A stretch of DNA of 64,000 nucleotides from IMG/VR virus record IMGVR_UViG_3300009537_002640, positions 1-64,000 of that record; one strand, written 5' to 3'. Each line of letters starts with the position of its first letter. The stretch's first letter is position 1. The notes beneath the pieces are model-generated. The model did not search any database. It was not told the DNA's origin and worked only from the letters and a program-made list of their open reading frames with translations. Both the position numbers and the translations under genes were made by a program. Positions 45,721 through 55,978 of the stretch are shown piece after piece.

Positions 45721-46329
45721 TCATTTTACGCATTTCACCATGTAAGTATAAGGGTCATAAATATTCGGCCCGCTTTCCTCAATAGTTACTTTACTAAAGT
45801 CTTCCGTAAGCAACTCCCAGCCATCTCTAGATATGCGCCAGTAGTCATACACCCTGTGCTTCTTGGGTGCCTTACCTGGAAAAGAACCTTCCCCAAACCA
45901 TCGATAGTTAAACGGTGAGTCTATGAAAAGAACTCCGCCTGGTTTAAGAACCCTGTGCAACTCCGACATAGCTTTGAATGGGTTCTTGAAACATTCCATA
46001 GCCTGGTTGCATATCACACAATCCCACTTATTAGTCCACTCTTTTGGCATACTATGAACATCACCGAAGTTATCAACCGGATTTTTGCTATCCCCGTAAA
46101 ACTTCTGGTCATAGGTTGCATAGGACTTTACACCAGGATTAGTTAATAGCTGCTTAGGCACTGGCCATCCGCCTGCAGCAACATTAAGGACATCACCTGT
46201 TACATTAGGCAGCTCTCGCTCAAGCCACTTAATAACAGCATAACGAGTCTCGCTATACATCTGTCCTCGCCACTTTTTATTCTTCGGTATCGGGTGTCCG
46301 TCCATCTTGTTTCTCTCTAAACTCTTCAA
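45721..46329 (-). CDS. Class I SAM-dependent methyltransferase
   Basis: VLNVAAG, DVHSMP...WDCVICNQAMEC, RVLKPGG. Confidence 0.85.
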   Translation of the reverse strand: MKSLERNKMDGHPIPKNKKWRGQMYSETRYAVIKWLERELPNVTGDVLNVAAGGWPVPKQLLTNPGVKSYATYDQKFYGDSKNPVDNFGDVHSMPKEWTNKWDCVICNQAMECFKNPFKAMSELHRVLKPGGVLFIDSPFNYRWFGEGSFPGKAPKKHRVYDYWRISRDGWELLTEDFSKVTIEESGPNIYDPYTYMVKCVK

Positions 46330-46897
46330 TATCGTTTTGCACTATCTTAATTTGCTCTTCTGTAAGTAGACCCTTGCTTTGTAATTCTACTAGAGCATTT
46401 TCTGCGTCCTCAAGAGTAGTAAGCTTTTGCATCTCTTGTTCAAGCACCTTATTCTTCTCATCCTGCTTGCCCAATTGCTTTGCTGCTTCTACCAATTTCT
46501 CATAGTCCTTTTCTGGGTCAAGCTCATTTGCTGCGGCCTCTATTTCGTCTCTCATCAGCTCAAGCTCATCCTCATAATCATTCTCGGAGGGACGAGAAAA
46601 CATCGGACCCTCCATTTCTTCTTCTGGCTCTTCACCAGGCTTACCATCGAATATTTGACTAAGTTTCTCGGTCATATTATTGACTTTAGCTCCAGTTAAC
46701 TTGTTAGATAAATCTGCGGCATACTCTGCTAACTTTGTGTTAGATAGCCCCGCCTCCGATTCTTTTACCGCCAAGTTCACCAAACCCTCTAGAGTTCCTG
46801 CCAGTATATGGTTCTGCAATAGACGATACAACAATATCCCTACAGCATCATCCACCAATAAAGCTGGTTTTTCTTCTTCTAACATATTGTCCCTCAC
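46277..46897 (-). CDS. Acidic coiled-coil hypothetical protein
   Basis: 206 aa, E/K-rich helical composition. Confidence 0.7.
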   Translation of the reverse strand: MRDNMLEEEKPALLVDDAVGILLYRLLQNHILAGTLEGLVNLAVKESEAGLSNTKLAEYAADLSNKLTGAKVNNMTEKLSQIFDGKPGEEPEEEMEGPMFSRPSENDYEDELELMRDEIEAAANELDPEKDYEKLVEAAKQLGKQDEKNKVLEQEMQKLTTLEDAENALVELQSKGLLTEEQIKIVQNDIEEFREKQDGRTPDTEE

Positions 46898-47937
46898 ATG
46901 AATGGGTATTTTGTACTAAAGCTTACGCCATGTTCAGACATCTTATCTAGCACAAACTTATAGGCACTATCGTGTCTCGCTATTCGCTCGGCAGGCAGCA
47001 CTCCTGTATGCGGAAAAACTCCACTCGCTATCAGTGCTGCGAAAGAAGAACAGGCATGAGCGGTTCCTTGAGACATAGCAGAATCTAAACCACCATCTAT
47101 CTTAAGCATGACTTCTTCGTCATCAACCTTAATAATCATAATCAGCATGTCCTGTACTTCACCAGATGACTTGAACGTGCTGGTTATCCCCTTAACAAAG
47201 TTTCCGCTTCTAAGAAGAGGGCTCACTACTTTCTCAATGTGTCCTGGCCATCTGATAGTTTTCTCGGCCATGAAATCTACTTGACCTTGGTAGCTCAACA
47301 AACTACGAAGCCCATCGGTATAATAAGAGTTAAACCTTCCTATGTTCGGAAAGATTAGATTCTCTTCTCCAGAAAGTGCCGGGACAGTTGTGACTAATCC
47401 ATTTTGAATAATTCGAGCTGGCCTCGTGTACTCTGCTTCTAAATCTTCTGGTGACCAACTAATAACATAGTCGTCTGCTTTATTGTGGGCTACACCACCA
47501 ACATGTACTTCGACTCGCTTAGGCTTCTTTAGCATGGCCCGACCAACAATAAGATTAGACAGTCCTGGGGCTATACCTGCGTCTGGAATAATGGTAATTT
47601 TCTTGTGTAGGGCAGAACTATCAAAATCCATGTAATCCTGCTCTAGAAACGAAAGATCAACATAATGAACACCTGCGTCAACTACAGCAAACATAGCTGT
47701 ATGCCCAAGCTTAGCTGGTAGACAGCCTATTACCAAATCATGTTGTTCGCATATCTTTCTTATTGCCTTGTAGTCACTTAGGTCGGCCTCTACATAATGG
47801 TAGGGGGTAAGATTGTTGTCTTTTTCATTACTCAAGTCTAAGTCTACAACACTGAGACTGGTCACACCTTTGGTTCGTGCCATGTCGTGAGCTACTATCT
47901 TGCCCTGTCTGCCGAATCCTAAAACTGCAACTTTCAT
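46894..47937 (-). CDS. Saccharopine dehydrogenase / lysine 6-dehydrogenase family oxidoreductase
   Basis: VLGFGRQG Rossmann fold, YVDLSF, DAGIAPGLSNL, VGG, SWSPEDL.EY, TDGLRSL, EKTIRWPGH. Confidence 0.85.
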   Translation of the reverse strand: MKVAVLGFGRQGKIVAHDMARTKGVTSLSVVDLDLSNEKDNNLTPYHYVEADLSDYKAIRKICEQHDLVIGCLPAKLGHTAMFAVVDAGVHYVDLSFLEQDYMDFDSSALHKKITIIPDAGIAPGLSNLIVGRAMLKKPKRVEVHVGGVAHNKADDYVISWSPEDLEAEYTRPARIIQNGLVTTVPALSGEENLIFPNIGRFNSYYTDGLRSLLSYQGQVDFMAEKTIRWPGHIEKVVSPLLRSGNFVKGITSTFKSSGEVQDMLIMIIKVDDEEVMLKIDGGLDSAMSQGTAHACSSFAALIASGVFPHTGVLPAERIARHDSAYKFVLDKMSEHGVSFSTKYPFM

Positions 47938-48650
47938 ACTAAATCCCCTATAAACCTAAAGTCTATCTTATCTGTTCCTTTCAAGCATTCAACTACCATG
48001 TTGAATCTTGTTTCGTCCATATAGTTATTAGTCCAATCAGACGTATGCCCGTAAGCAACTATGCAGTCTGATTTGGGCTTTGGGCCAACCAAGTCCCAGT
48101 TATATTGTACCCATTTTAACCCAGAAACTTTACCAGAAATACGATTAAAATAGTTGCCATCTCCTGCTATTACAAAGCCAGCATTAGTCAAAACCTTAGC
48201 GCTAGATACACTTATTTTCCAACCAGGCGGACGAAATGTTTTATGGCACCTTATACCAGCCTCTTCAAACTCATTTATCATATGAGATGCAAAAAGAGCA
48301 GCTTGTTGCTCATTTAAAAACTGCCATTCGTCATTGTTTGAATTGCCATGTTTAGTGCTAAGACGACGATGGTAATATCCATGAAAACATACTCTATAGT
48401 TAGCCGGGAGAGCATTTACCCTCTCTACCCATTCTTTATTCTTAGAAAGATGACAAGGATCCTCGCCAAGCCTACAGTAGGCTGCTGGGACAAACAAATC
48501 TATCTTAATATCAGGATACAGCTCTATCAGTTTATCACACCATTCTATCGATTCGAAATTCAATCCTGCCCTTGGATGAGGAGAAAAATCGTCGAGTGAA
48601 AGATTAAACTGCATGTAGGCTCTCCCAAACTTTGTCGTGTTCTTCAGCAA
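47934..48650 (-). CDS. Polysaccharide deacetylase (NodB/DUF2334-like)
   Basis: SLDD, CFHGYYH, FRPPGW, HTSDW. Confidence 0.8.
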   Translation of the reverse strand: MLKNTTKFGRAYMQFNLSLDDFSPHPRAGLNFESIEWCDKLIELYPDIKIDLFVPAAYCRLGEDPCHLSKNKEWVERVNALPANYRVCFHGYYHRRLSTKHGNSNNDEWQFLNEQQAALFASHMINEFEEAGIRCHKTFRPPGWKISVSSAKVLTNAGFVIAGDGNYFNRISGKVSGLKWVQYNWDLVGPKPKSDCIVAYGHTSDWTNNYMDETRFNMVVECLKGTDKIDFRFIGDLV

Positions 48651-49446
48651 AGCATTTCCATGTAAACTGCCCTACCTGTTCTCTTAATCTTTTGCCTACA
48701 TTATAATTATACCAAGTCTTATACGTTTTATTTCGCCACATATGTTTTAGCTTATCGACAAAAGCATCAGCATTGTTATATGGGATTCTAATCACACCAT
48801 CGTGAAACTCGTTCGCTACACCAACACCCTCAAAGCAAATCACTGGCACACCTACAGCTAAAGCCTCAGTAACTGCCATTGGGCCACCTTCAATTGTTGC
48901 TGGTGATACTACAAAATCCAAATCAGAATAGAAACTGGGAATTAGGTCTTGAGACATATTCCCGCCTGTGGTTCTAAACTCAACAAAGTCTAACTCGGCT
49001 ATTCGTTTTAATAATGTAGGATTCTTTCTGGCGGAAGATGTATATTGTCTACCTACATATCCAACCACCAGCTTGTCTCTATCAGGAGCATCCCAATAAC
49101 GCAACTTGAATTTATCTAAGTCTACACCAGGCATAATTTGTTTCGCTCCATATTGCTTAAGCAAATCAGCATACTTTTTACTATGACTCAATGGAACATC
49201 AACCAACTTAGCTACTGCATCAAACTTCGCTGCTAGGTCTTTACGAGCTTCCCTGTGCGACATCCAGGCTGTGCAAGGATTATCGGATGCAATTTTTTTA
49301 TCGTAAGTATAGTACGGCAAAAAATGCACAACATCAAAATCGCTCTTGAAATTACGAACTATTTCGTGCTTAGAGTGATTCTTGAACTCCAATATGAATT
49401 TATCATATATCCAGCCATGATCATCACACACAATATTTATTCGCAT
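48604..49446 (-). CDS. Glycosyltransferase, GT4-like
   Basis: PGVDLDKF, VGYVGR, FYSDLDFVVSPATIEGGPMAVTEALAVGVPVI. Confidence 0.88.
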   Translation of the reverse strand: MRINIVCDDHGWIYDKFILEFKNHSKHEIVRNFKSDFDVVHFLPYYTYDKKIASDNPCTAWMSHREARKDLAAKFDAVAKLVDVPLSHSKKYADLLKQYGAKQIMPGVDLDKFKLRYWDAPDRDKLVVGYVGRQYTSSARKNPTLLKRIAELDFVEFRTTGGNMSQDLIPSFYSDLDFVVSPATIEGGPMAVTEALAVGVPVICFEGVGVANEFHDGVIRIPYNNADAFVDKLKHMWRNKTYKTWYNYNVGKRLREQVGQFTWKCFAEEHDKVWESLHAV

Positions 49447-50243
49447 GGCCCTTTTCCTTTCATTATATTATCCGCTAATGTCTGTTTTCGCTCTAAATAT
49501 CTAGTAGATCCAGAATATAACAAAGATACTATTTTCCTGACATCTTCTTGTTTTCTATAGGATACAGTGTAAATATTACACCTTGGCATGATTTTACAAC
49601 GATTTATTGGTATTTCTTTATTAAGAAACTTCACAAATCCTTCAACCATATCCCTTGTGCCATTAAATGATACTGCCCAATATTTATTTCTATATGAGGT
49701 TATGCAACCATCTCCATCGAAACACCCTCTCCAAAAATGCCTCTTTATTTTTTCGTCTATATCTGGAGGACTTAATGAAAAAGACTTGTTGGGCGTGATG
49801 CCTAACTTTATCAAATCTTCTTTTAGCATTTTTGAACTAATAGATGCATACGCCTGATCGCTACCATTTCTATTAACAAAGTACACCTTAGATGTTGAGC
49901 CTATATCATCTATAAAATTTTGAATATGCTTTGTGTCTGATATCTGCAAGCTCAGTACTATTTCATTCCTACTCTTATCGCTCCTTATTGTCCCATCTGT
50001 TGCTATCATGCCCAGCCAATATGCTTGATATTCTGAGGCGATTTCTTTAAAGAATCTGTCATTTATCACATACCTGCTTCCCTGTTGCCTGATATAAACC
50101 TCATTCTCTCTAAGTATTCTGCTTATTGGCCTATTAGAACACCCTATAATCTTACTAATTTCTAGTATAGATTTGCCAGACTTGTACATAGAAACAATCT
50201 TGTCTGAATATTTATCATAGTTTACTTGCATTTCAAAGCCCAC
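49437..50243 (-). mobile_element. Free-standing double-motif LAGLIDADG homing endonuclease gene
   Basis: YWLGMIATDG and FWRGCFDGDGC motifs, N-terminal HTH (MYKSGKSILEISKIIGCS), C-terminal YLERK. Confidence 0.9.
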
Positions 50244-50518
50244 TTGTATAGCATTGTAGTATGCCCAAGAAGAGCCTCCTCCTCTGTTGCATACCTATTA
50301 CCATCCATATCTTGAAAACTATCGAGAGGGAACACCATAGTTTCAAACGTCATTGGCATACCAGTTAGTTTTTGAAAGTTATCGAGACCTGTCCACACGG
50401 TAGAGATTACACAATCATTAAGCTTAGAGTATGCTACTCGTTTGTAGCTATCATCACTCATTAGCTTCATCCACTCTTCTATCTCTATAAGGTTTCCCTG
50501 CTTATCCCAACAGTCCAT
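50222..50518 (-). CDS. Phage-type hypothetical protein
   Basis: ISTVWTGLD...FETMVF...YATEEEALLGH, a pattern recalled from phage hypotheticals. Confidence 0.7.
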   Translation of the reverse strand: MDCWDKQGNLIEIEEWMKLMSDDSYKRVAYSKLNDCVISTVWTGLDNFQKLTGMPMTFETMVFPLDSFQDMDGNRYATEEEALLGHTTMLYKWALKCK

Positions 50519-50761
50519 TTACTTCTCCGCTTTCTCCCCAAGAAATTCTCCGAGCCTATCAATCATAGCCCTTTTGATGTCATCTCTATCCTTGACATGC
50601 TTTATATGTATCAAGTGCCACGTATCACCATCCACAAAACCTAAATGCAACGTCCGAGGGTTATTTTTGGGCTTAGGGTCGATGGCATTACCTAGAGCAT
50701 ATACAAAAGCTGTAGCAGCTGTTCCACCACCATAGCCCTTCTCTTTAAGCTTTTCACTCAT
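50519..50761 (-). CDS. Hypothetical protein
   Basis: Packed ORF. Confidence 0.6.
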   Translation of the reverse strand: MSEKLKEKGYGGGTAATAFVYALGNAIDPKPKNNPRTLHLGFVDGDTWHLIHIKHVKDRDDIKRAMIDRLGEFLGEKAEK

Positions 50762-50999
50762 CGTTGCTCGTATCCTGACTATGATTTCCTAAGAGCAGTG
50801 TAAGAAACAATTCTCGTTCTTGCCCATCTGACTGCACTGCCTTTACAGCTACAGCCTTACTATCCACTAGAAACTTTGTCAGTGCCACGGCGTTGTTCAA
50901 AACCTCGACACGGCTCATTCCCAGGGCTTTAGACAGACTTCCCAGAGTTTCATACTGAGTCTTGGAAACCCTCATCTGCTTACTATCATTCTGCTTCAT
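50754..50999 (-). CDS. Putative ribbon-helix-helix DNA-binding protein
   Basis: QMRVSKTQYETLGSLSKALGMSRVEVLNNAV fits an RHH pattern; GAGG SD. Confidence 0.6.
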   Translation of the reverse strand: MKQNDSKQMRVSKTQYETLGSLSKALGMSRVEVLNNAVALTKFLVDSKAVAVKAVQSDGQERELFLTLLLGNHSQDTSNDE

Positions 51000-51092
51000 T
51001 GTATTTACCTCACTTGAAGGGTCTTACTATATGAGCCAAATATTAATAGGTTCCTGCCCCGCTGCTGACACAAAAATGATATACTTCTGATA

Positions 51093-52133
51093 TCAGGCAA
51101 GTAGGCGCTCGTATAGCTCTTTATACCTAAGTGCTTGTTTTTTAACGTTAAATTCTCGCTCTACCAGGTCCCTTCCGGCCTGTCCAAACTGCTGGCACTT
51201 TTTAGGACTATCCTTCAGCTTAATAATAGCGCGAGCGATGCTATTACTATCATTTGGCTTAACGAGAATGCCACTAGTGTCTGCAAGAACAATTTCATTA
51301 GTTTGACCCACATCTGTTGCTACTACTGGCTTACCCAGAGCAGCTGCTTCTATAATAGAGTTTGATATACCATGATGAAATGCTGAACATACATAGAGAT
51401 TAGCTCCTGCCATTATAGGAGCGGGATTATCTAAGGCACCAGTAAATACACAATCATCGCCCATAGGTTTAGCCAGTTTACGCAGTTTAGGACGAATATC
51501 CTCTGCCGAATGCTCTGGCTTATCTCCTATCAGTACTAGCTTTATGTCATGGGTCTTTCTTGCCTTTAGCACAGCATTTAGTAGAACCTCAAATCCCTGT
51601 CCAATACCGCCCATCCTTGCACAATAGCAGACCACAAAATCATCAGGCTTAAAGTGGAGACGGTCGGGTTGAACAGACTTGTAGTAATCAACATCTAGCC
51701 CATTGCGTATTACTTCCAATGGACCCTGATAGTTCTTGCGTATAAGTGGTACTGTTCCCTCATTAGATGCTACTACATAATCCACGCTGCTTCGCCCAAT
51801 ATTGCAAGAACGAGGACCTGCTGTGCGCTCAATCACAATAGGAGGATTCGGAACATTCTTAGCAATCTTTCCGAGCCACTCTTTATTTCCAAACTGCACT
51901 ATATCGGGCTTTTGAGTAATGAGCCTATGGTTGATTGCTTCGAAGTTACTACCCAGATATTCAGCCCTACCTAGCTGATGAAATCTGGAGTTGATGTTCT
52001 TGTTGTCTACTGCTATAAAGCTAAACTCAAAATCACTACATAGTTCCATGCATAGATTTATAAGAAAGGTTGGCCATCCTCCCATATGCAAATCACCAAT
52101 GAGATAGGTTATCTTTGGTTTCACCATGTCCAC
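51093..52133 (-). CDS. Glycosyltransferase family 4
   Basis: LHMGGW, IRNGLD, GISNSIIEAAALGKPVVATDVG. Confidence 0.92.
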   Translation of the reverse strand: MDMVKPKITYLIGDLHMGGWPTFLINLCMELCSDFEFSFIAVDNKNINSRFHQLGRAEYLGSNFEAINHRLITQKPDIVQFGNKEWLGKIAKNVPNPPIVIERTAGPRSCNIGRSSVDYVVASNEGTVPLIRKNYQGPLEVIRNGLDVDYYKSVQPDRLHFKPDDFVVCYCARMGGIGQGFEVLLNAVLKARKTHDIKLVLIGDKPEHSAEDIRPKLRKLAKPMGDDCVFTGALDNPAPIMAGANLYVCSAFHHGISNSIIEAAALGKPVVATDVGQTNEIVLADTSGILVKPNDSNSIARAIIKLKDSPKKCQQFGQAGRDLVEREFNVKKQALRYKELYERLLA

Positions 52134-52483
52134 TCGCCTGCAGCAATTGGACTATCAATTGGCCCAAACTTAATATCGGCGCCCCACAACATATTCTTTC
52201 TAATATGCTTCACAATGCCGGGGTCTTGGGATTGAACCTTAGCCTTAAAATCCTCTAACCACGCTAACGGCAGAACAATGACTAACGCAACGTTACCATG
52301 TTTATCGTGCTGCACCTTGGCTTCGGAAACTTGTCTAACCCAATCATCAGGCATCTCTACCTGTTCTATCTCAAGCTTAGGTTCTGGCCATGGAGCAATA
52401 TTTTCTGGATCAAGCCCTATATCATCTAGTTTCTTCTTTAGCTTGTCTAGTATTACCCGTCTTTCTTCTTTAGTTTTGGTCAT
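52121..52483 (-). CDS. Hypothetical protein
   Basis: Packed ORF. Confidence 0.65.
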   Translation of the reverse strand: MTKTKEERRVILDKLKKKLDDIGLDPENIAPWPEPKLEIEQVEMPDDWVRQVSEAKVQHDKHGNVALVIVLPLAWLEDFKAKVQSQDPGIVKHIRKNMLWGADIKFGPIDSPIAAGEWTW

Positions 52484-52953
52484 CTTTTACCCTTCCAAAA
52501 ACAAATAGTAAATCTATCATCAAGTATCTCTTCTAGCACAGGACGAACATCAACCCATCTAAGGTTTCCGTTATTAACCCCCGGTGCTGGTATCAAAACC
52601 TTCTTCCAGGAATTTGCATCAGCTATCTCAACTATCTGTTGGGCTGATTTTCTTATCAACTCAATATCACTATCTTCCCACGGAGAATGCTTTGTAGGAA
52701 AAGCTAGAACGCTCAGAAATCGTTTCTCTATCTTAAACGTCTCAATCACCTGACAGCGGTTTCCGTTTTTCTTTACCTTCTGTCCAGCAGTAATATCCAT
52801 ACCAGGAAACCTATCACGAAATTGCTTGGCAACCCCTGCACCCATTATAAGGGCGCCATTCTTCTTAATAGAACCATTAGAGGTGAAGCATATAGCATCT
52901 GCTTTGCTTAACGCCTCGGCTGAAAGAACGTTTAGTTTCCTTGCAATTTTCAT
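52480..52953 (-). CDS. Macrodomain (ADP-ribose binding/hydrolase) protein
   Basis: ADAICFTSNG...MGAGVAKQFRDRFP, FPTKH.W.DS...I, PAPGVNNGNL.W..V. Confidence 0.85.
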   Translation of the reverse strand: MKIARKLNVLSAEALSKADAICFTSNGSIKKNGALIMGAGVAKQFRDRFPGMDITAGQKVKKNGNRCQVIETFKIEKRFLSVLAFPTKHSPWEDSDIELIRKSAQQIVEIADANSWKKVLIPAPGVNNGNLRWVDVRPVLEEILDDRFTICFWKGKR

Positions 52954-53159
52954 CTCTTAAATTCCCACCAGCCATCTATCATTTCAAAAATCTTGATGGC
53001 TATATCATCGGCTTCCTTAATGGTAGTGTTATCTGGCAAATACTTCCACAACAAATCATTAATCTCTCGCTTGCCATTCTCTCGCCAACACTCGAACGCC
53101 TCTTCGTTATCAGAAGACTCCAATGCCTTCTCAAACTCATAATCTAAACTACTATCCAT
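52950..53159 (-). CDS. Hypothetical protein
   Basis: Packed ORF. Confidence 0.6.
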   Translation of the reverse strand: MDSSLDYEFEKALESSDNEEAFECWRENGKREINDLLWKYLPDNTTIKEADDIAIKIFEMIDGWWEFKR

Positions 53160-53445
53160 TTTCTAACCTCAGTTTAATAATAGGTGCGGGGCTTATGTGT
53201 GGAAACCTTAGCACCCTGCCCCTCATTCGTATCTTTAGTTTCTCTAACCAAGAAGGCTCATACAGCTCTGTATACACTAAAGTAAAGGGCTCGCCATATC
53301 TGTCCATATTGTAATACATGGCGTTCAGATGGCTTTCTTTTACATAAACATCTCCCTGCTTATATATCTTAACCATGCCAATATTTACATCGTGTTTTAG
53401 TAAGCCTAAATATGTGCCTACTACGCTGGTTCTAGTAAACATCAA
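53152..53445 (-). CDS. Hypothetical protein
   Basis: Packed ORF. Confidence 0.6.
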   Translation of the reverse strand: MMFTRTSVVGTYLGLLKHDVNIGMVKIYKQGDVYVKESHLNAMYYNMDRYGEPFTLVYTELYEPSWLEKLKIRMRGRVLRFPHISPAPIIKLRLENG

Positions 53446-53999
53446 ACCTCAATCACTTTCTCGAAGTAGTTGAATATAAACTCTGCCCTCTCTTCATCAG
53501 TGGTGGGCACTTCAATCAACGGAACCTTGTGCTTATCCAGAAATGACCTAAGCAACTTGTGATTTTCCTTCGACCCCTCTTCTGATTCAAATCTACCCCG
53601 CGTATCATATGGCTTGTTTCTCCTCAGCCAAAAGTTGTGATGAATAACCCCATTCTCTTGGGCATAATCCATAAAGTTGTGGACTGCTGGAGAAATAATT
53701 TCTTTACCCACATATCTCTGTTCATAGAATGCTGATAGCCACAAAGGACTATCGGTGATTATGTAGTCTACCTTATCATACAGGATGGACTCTCTCCGTG
53801 CCTGCTTTCCGAAAATGTACGCTTGATCAAATTTGCCCGGAAGACGTTGTTCCCAAGCCATCGTTTTTACATATTCGGAAACCAACTCTGTGTGCCTTCC
53901 TGCCATTTTAAACTTAGCAAATGTTGCAGCAGCTGTGGTTGATTTCCCAACTCCACTCGCACCGAATAAATTAACTACTTTTGTTACCATGTTTGGCAC
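53442..53999 (-). CDS. P-loop nucleotide kinase (NadR/AAA_28-like); likely start ATG 53990
   Basis: [33 protein letters not shown]. Confidence 0.82.
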   Translation of the reverse strand: MPNMVTKVVNLFGASGVGKSTTAAATFAKFKMAGRHTELVSEYVKTMAWEQRLPGKFDQAYIFGKQARRESILYDKVDYIITDSPLWLSAFYEQRYVGKEIISPAVHNFMDYAQENGVIHHNFWLRRNKPYDTRGRFESEEGSKENHKLLRSFLDKHKVPLIEVPTTDEERAEFIFNYFEKVIEV

Positions 54000-54144
54000 C
54001 TTTAGATAAATTGTCTTTAGCCCATAGGGGCTGAAGGTTTGTATAATGGCAAGCCTTTTTGACTTGCTCTATGTCAGTTAAGTCAAACTTGGACAATGGA
54101 TTTATGTGGTCAATGTGCCACAACCCATAGTTTTCCCACGACAT
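53971..54144 (-). pseudogene. Isolated C-terminal HNH endonuclease domain (57 aa), probable homing-endonuclease remnant
   Basis: Below the track size cut-off. Manual translation: [58 protein letters not shown] stop lies 9 codons upstream, so there is no N-terminal DNA-binding region. Confidence 0.8.
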
Positions 54145-54175
54145 TTCTTCTCCGGTTTCAGGGAAACCTTATTCA

Positions 54176-55279
54176 TTATGCTTCGCCTTTTGCTACTTTT
54201 AATATTGCGTTAGCTGTTCTCTCATAAGCCTTTCCATCATCAGAAAAGCAATGCTTCTTTGCATAATCTTTGAATGCAGGAATATCATCGGGTTTGATTT
54301 CATAACTATATGAATTCAACACTGTGGCTAATTCCCCCATCTCTGCATCTATCATTGTTTTTGGGTCTGCTGGCCAGTTTGTTACATACTTGCGTCTATT
54401 GATATTCACAAGAGGCTTTGGAAACAAGCAGGTCTCCATAGCTATACTAGAACGAACATTTAGGACAACATCACATGCTCTAATGGCCCTGTATCCTTCT
54501 TCAGCTTTTACAACTGCTATTCCGGGTGCAAAATTCTGCCATGAATGTTTACCTTCATAATGTTGATTTTTGTGAACTATCCCTACCTGTGCTGGCATAC
54601 TAGCCGTGTAATCAAGAGGATGCGCCTTTACCATTATCTCATAGTCCGGGCATTGTTGTTTTACTATACTAACTATTTCGGAATATTCATTGTTTACACC
54701 ATGCTGATGTCCAAGCTCTCCAGGATTGGCAGGAGTGAGTATTGCAAGCTTCTTTTCTGGATTTAGCCCATAAGACTCCATGAATACCTTTCGATTTGCA
54801 GTAATCGTGGCCGCAGCGTCATAGTGTATTGTACCCGTTGTGAAGATATTTTTATAGGTTTTTGGAAACTTTTTCAGGGTGGCAAGCTTTAGTTCCTTGC
54901 TCTTTGCGGTGAGATAGTGAGCCGGGCATTGTCTTACACGAATATCAATTCCTGATGGGTCGTACATAAAAACTATTCTGCCAAACTTACGAGCCGATAG
55001 TGCGGCTTCACCTCCGGCACCCTTGTAAGCAAAACGAGAGACTATAATGTCACCTTTTTTAGTTAGCCTGTCGTCTGCTATATACATCGGTTTAGATATA
55101 GTTTTTATATTTAGCGCATTAAACCTTTCAGCGAATCTCGGTGTGGTTAACCTAATATCGCCCTCTTGTAACACATACGTCACATCAAGTCCGAGTTCTT
55201 CTAATTTGTGATAGAGCGGAAACTCTAAAAAAGGAAACGTGGGTAAAAACAAATCGCTGTATATAAACACTCTAGTCAT
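54176..55279 (-). CDS. GT-B fold transferase (CDP-glycerol phosphotransferase / capsule KpsS / UDP-GlcNAc epimerase-like)
   Basis: TGTIHYD, VKAHP, CDVVLNVRSSIAMETCLFPKPLV. Confidence 0.7.
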   Translation of the reverse strand: MTRVFIYSDLFLPTFPFLEFPLYHKLEELGLDVTYVLQEGDIRLTTPRFAERFNALNIKTISKPMYIADDRLTKKGDIIVSRFAYKGAGGEAALSARKFGRIVFMYDPSGIDIRVRQCPAHYLTAKSKELKLATLKKFPKTYKNIFTTGTIHYDAAATITANRKVFMESYGLNPEKKLAILTPANPGELGHQHGVNNEYSEIVSIVKQQCPDYEIMVKAHPLDYTASMPAQVGIVHKNQHYEGKHSWQNFAPGIAVVKAEEGYRAIRACDVVLNVRSSIAMETCLFPKPLVNINRRKYVTNWPADPKTMIDAEMGELATVLNSYSYEIKPDDIPAFKDYAKKHCFSDDGKAYERTANAILKVAKGEA

Positions 55280-55376
55280 ATTTCTTTTCTCTTAACATTA
55301 TCTTGCCTATTATAATAACTGACGCTGGCACCACTACTGCTGCAATCATTATGACTGCTCCTATATAACCTATCAT
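55272..55376 (-). CDS. Small single-pass membrane protein (34 aa)
   Basis: Manual translation MIGYIGAVIMIAAVVVPASVIIIGKIMLREKKYD; exactly bridges two genes. Confidence 0.55.
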   Translation of the reverse strand: MIGYIGAVIMIAAVVVPASVIIIGKIMLREKKYD

Positions 55377-55978
55377 CTCAATCCCTTAGCATTATGAGTT
55401 ATTGACTCATCATGCATTGTATAACGATAAAGAGGGATGGGTATGTTGTATATCCTATACTTCTTCAAAAATCTATTTCTGAAGTCTACATCCTCTCTCG
55501 GTAGCCTCTCATCATAAAGCCCAATATCTATCAATTGATCCACCCTATACATGACACCACAGGCTATTGGCCAAGTATCACCATTTCTACGACGCAAAAT
55601 ATTCTCTTTTAAATCCACTTCATAGTAATCTGAAGATGTGGCATCCATATCTTTATTTGATGCGAGAAACAGTTGGTGCACTTTTAGAAAATCTTGATTT
55701 ACATAATCATCTGCATCAACTCTAACTATCAATTTACCTAACGCTGCCTGAATAGCCTTATTACAGGTAGCCGCCAAGCCCAAATTTTCATCGTTGTATA
55801 TTGCTCGCACTTTGTCTTCATTCATAGAAATTATATCTCGACTATTGTCGGTGCTGCAATCATCAATAACAATAATTTCATACTCGTCACTATGATAGGA
55901 TTGGGTAAGGAGGGACCTTATACATCTTGGCAGAAATCTTCCATAATTATAATTAGTAACTATTACTGACACTTCCAT
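55373..55978 (-). CDS. Glycosyltransferase family 2
   Basis: VSVIVTNYNYGRFL, IDDCSTD, NLGLA, RVDADD. Confidence 0.92.
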   Translation of the reverse strand: MEVSVIVTNYNYGRFLPRCIRSLLTQSYHSDEYEIIVIDDCSTDNSRDIISMNEDKVRAIYNDENLGLAATCNKAIQAALGKLIVRVDADDYVNQDFLKVHQLFLASNKDMDATSSDYYEVDLKENILRRRNGDTWPIACGVMYRVDQLIDIGLYDERLPREDVDFRNRFLKKYRIYNIPIPLYRYTMHDESITHNAKGLR

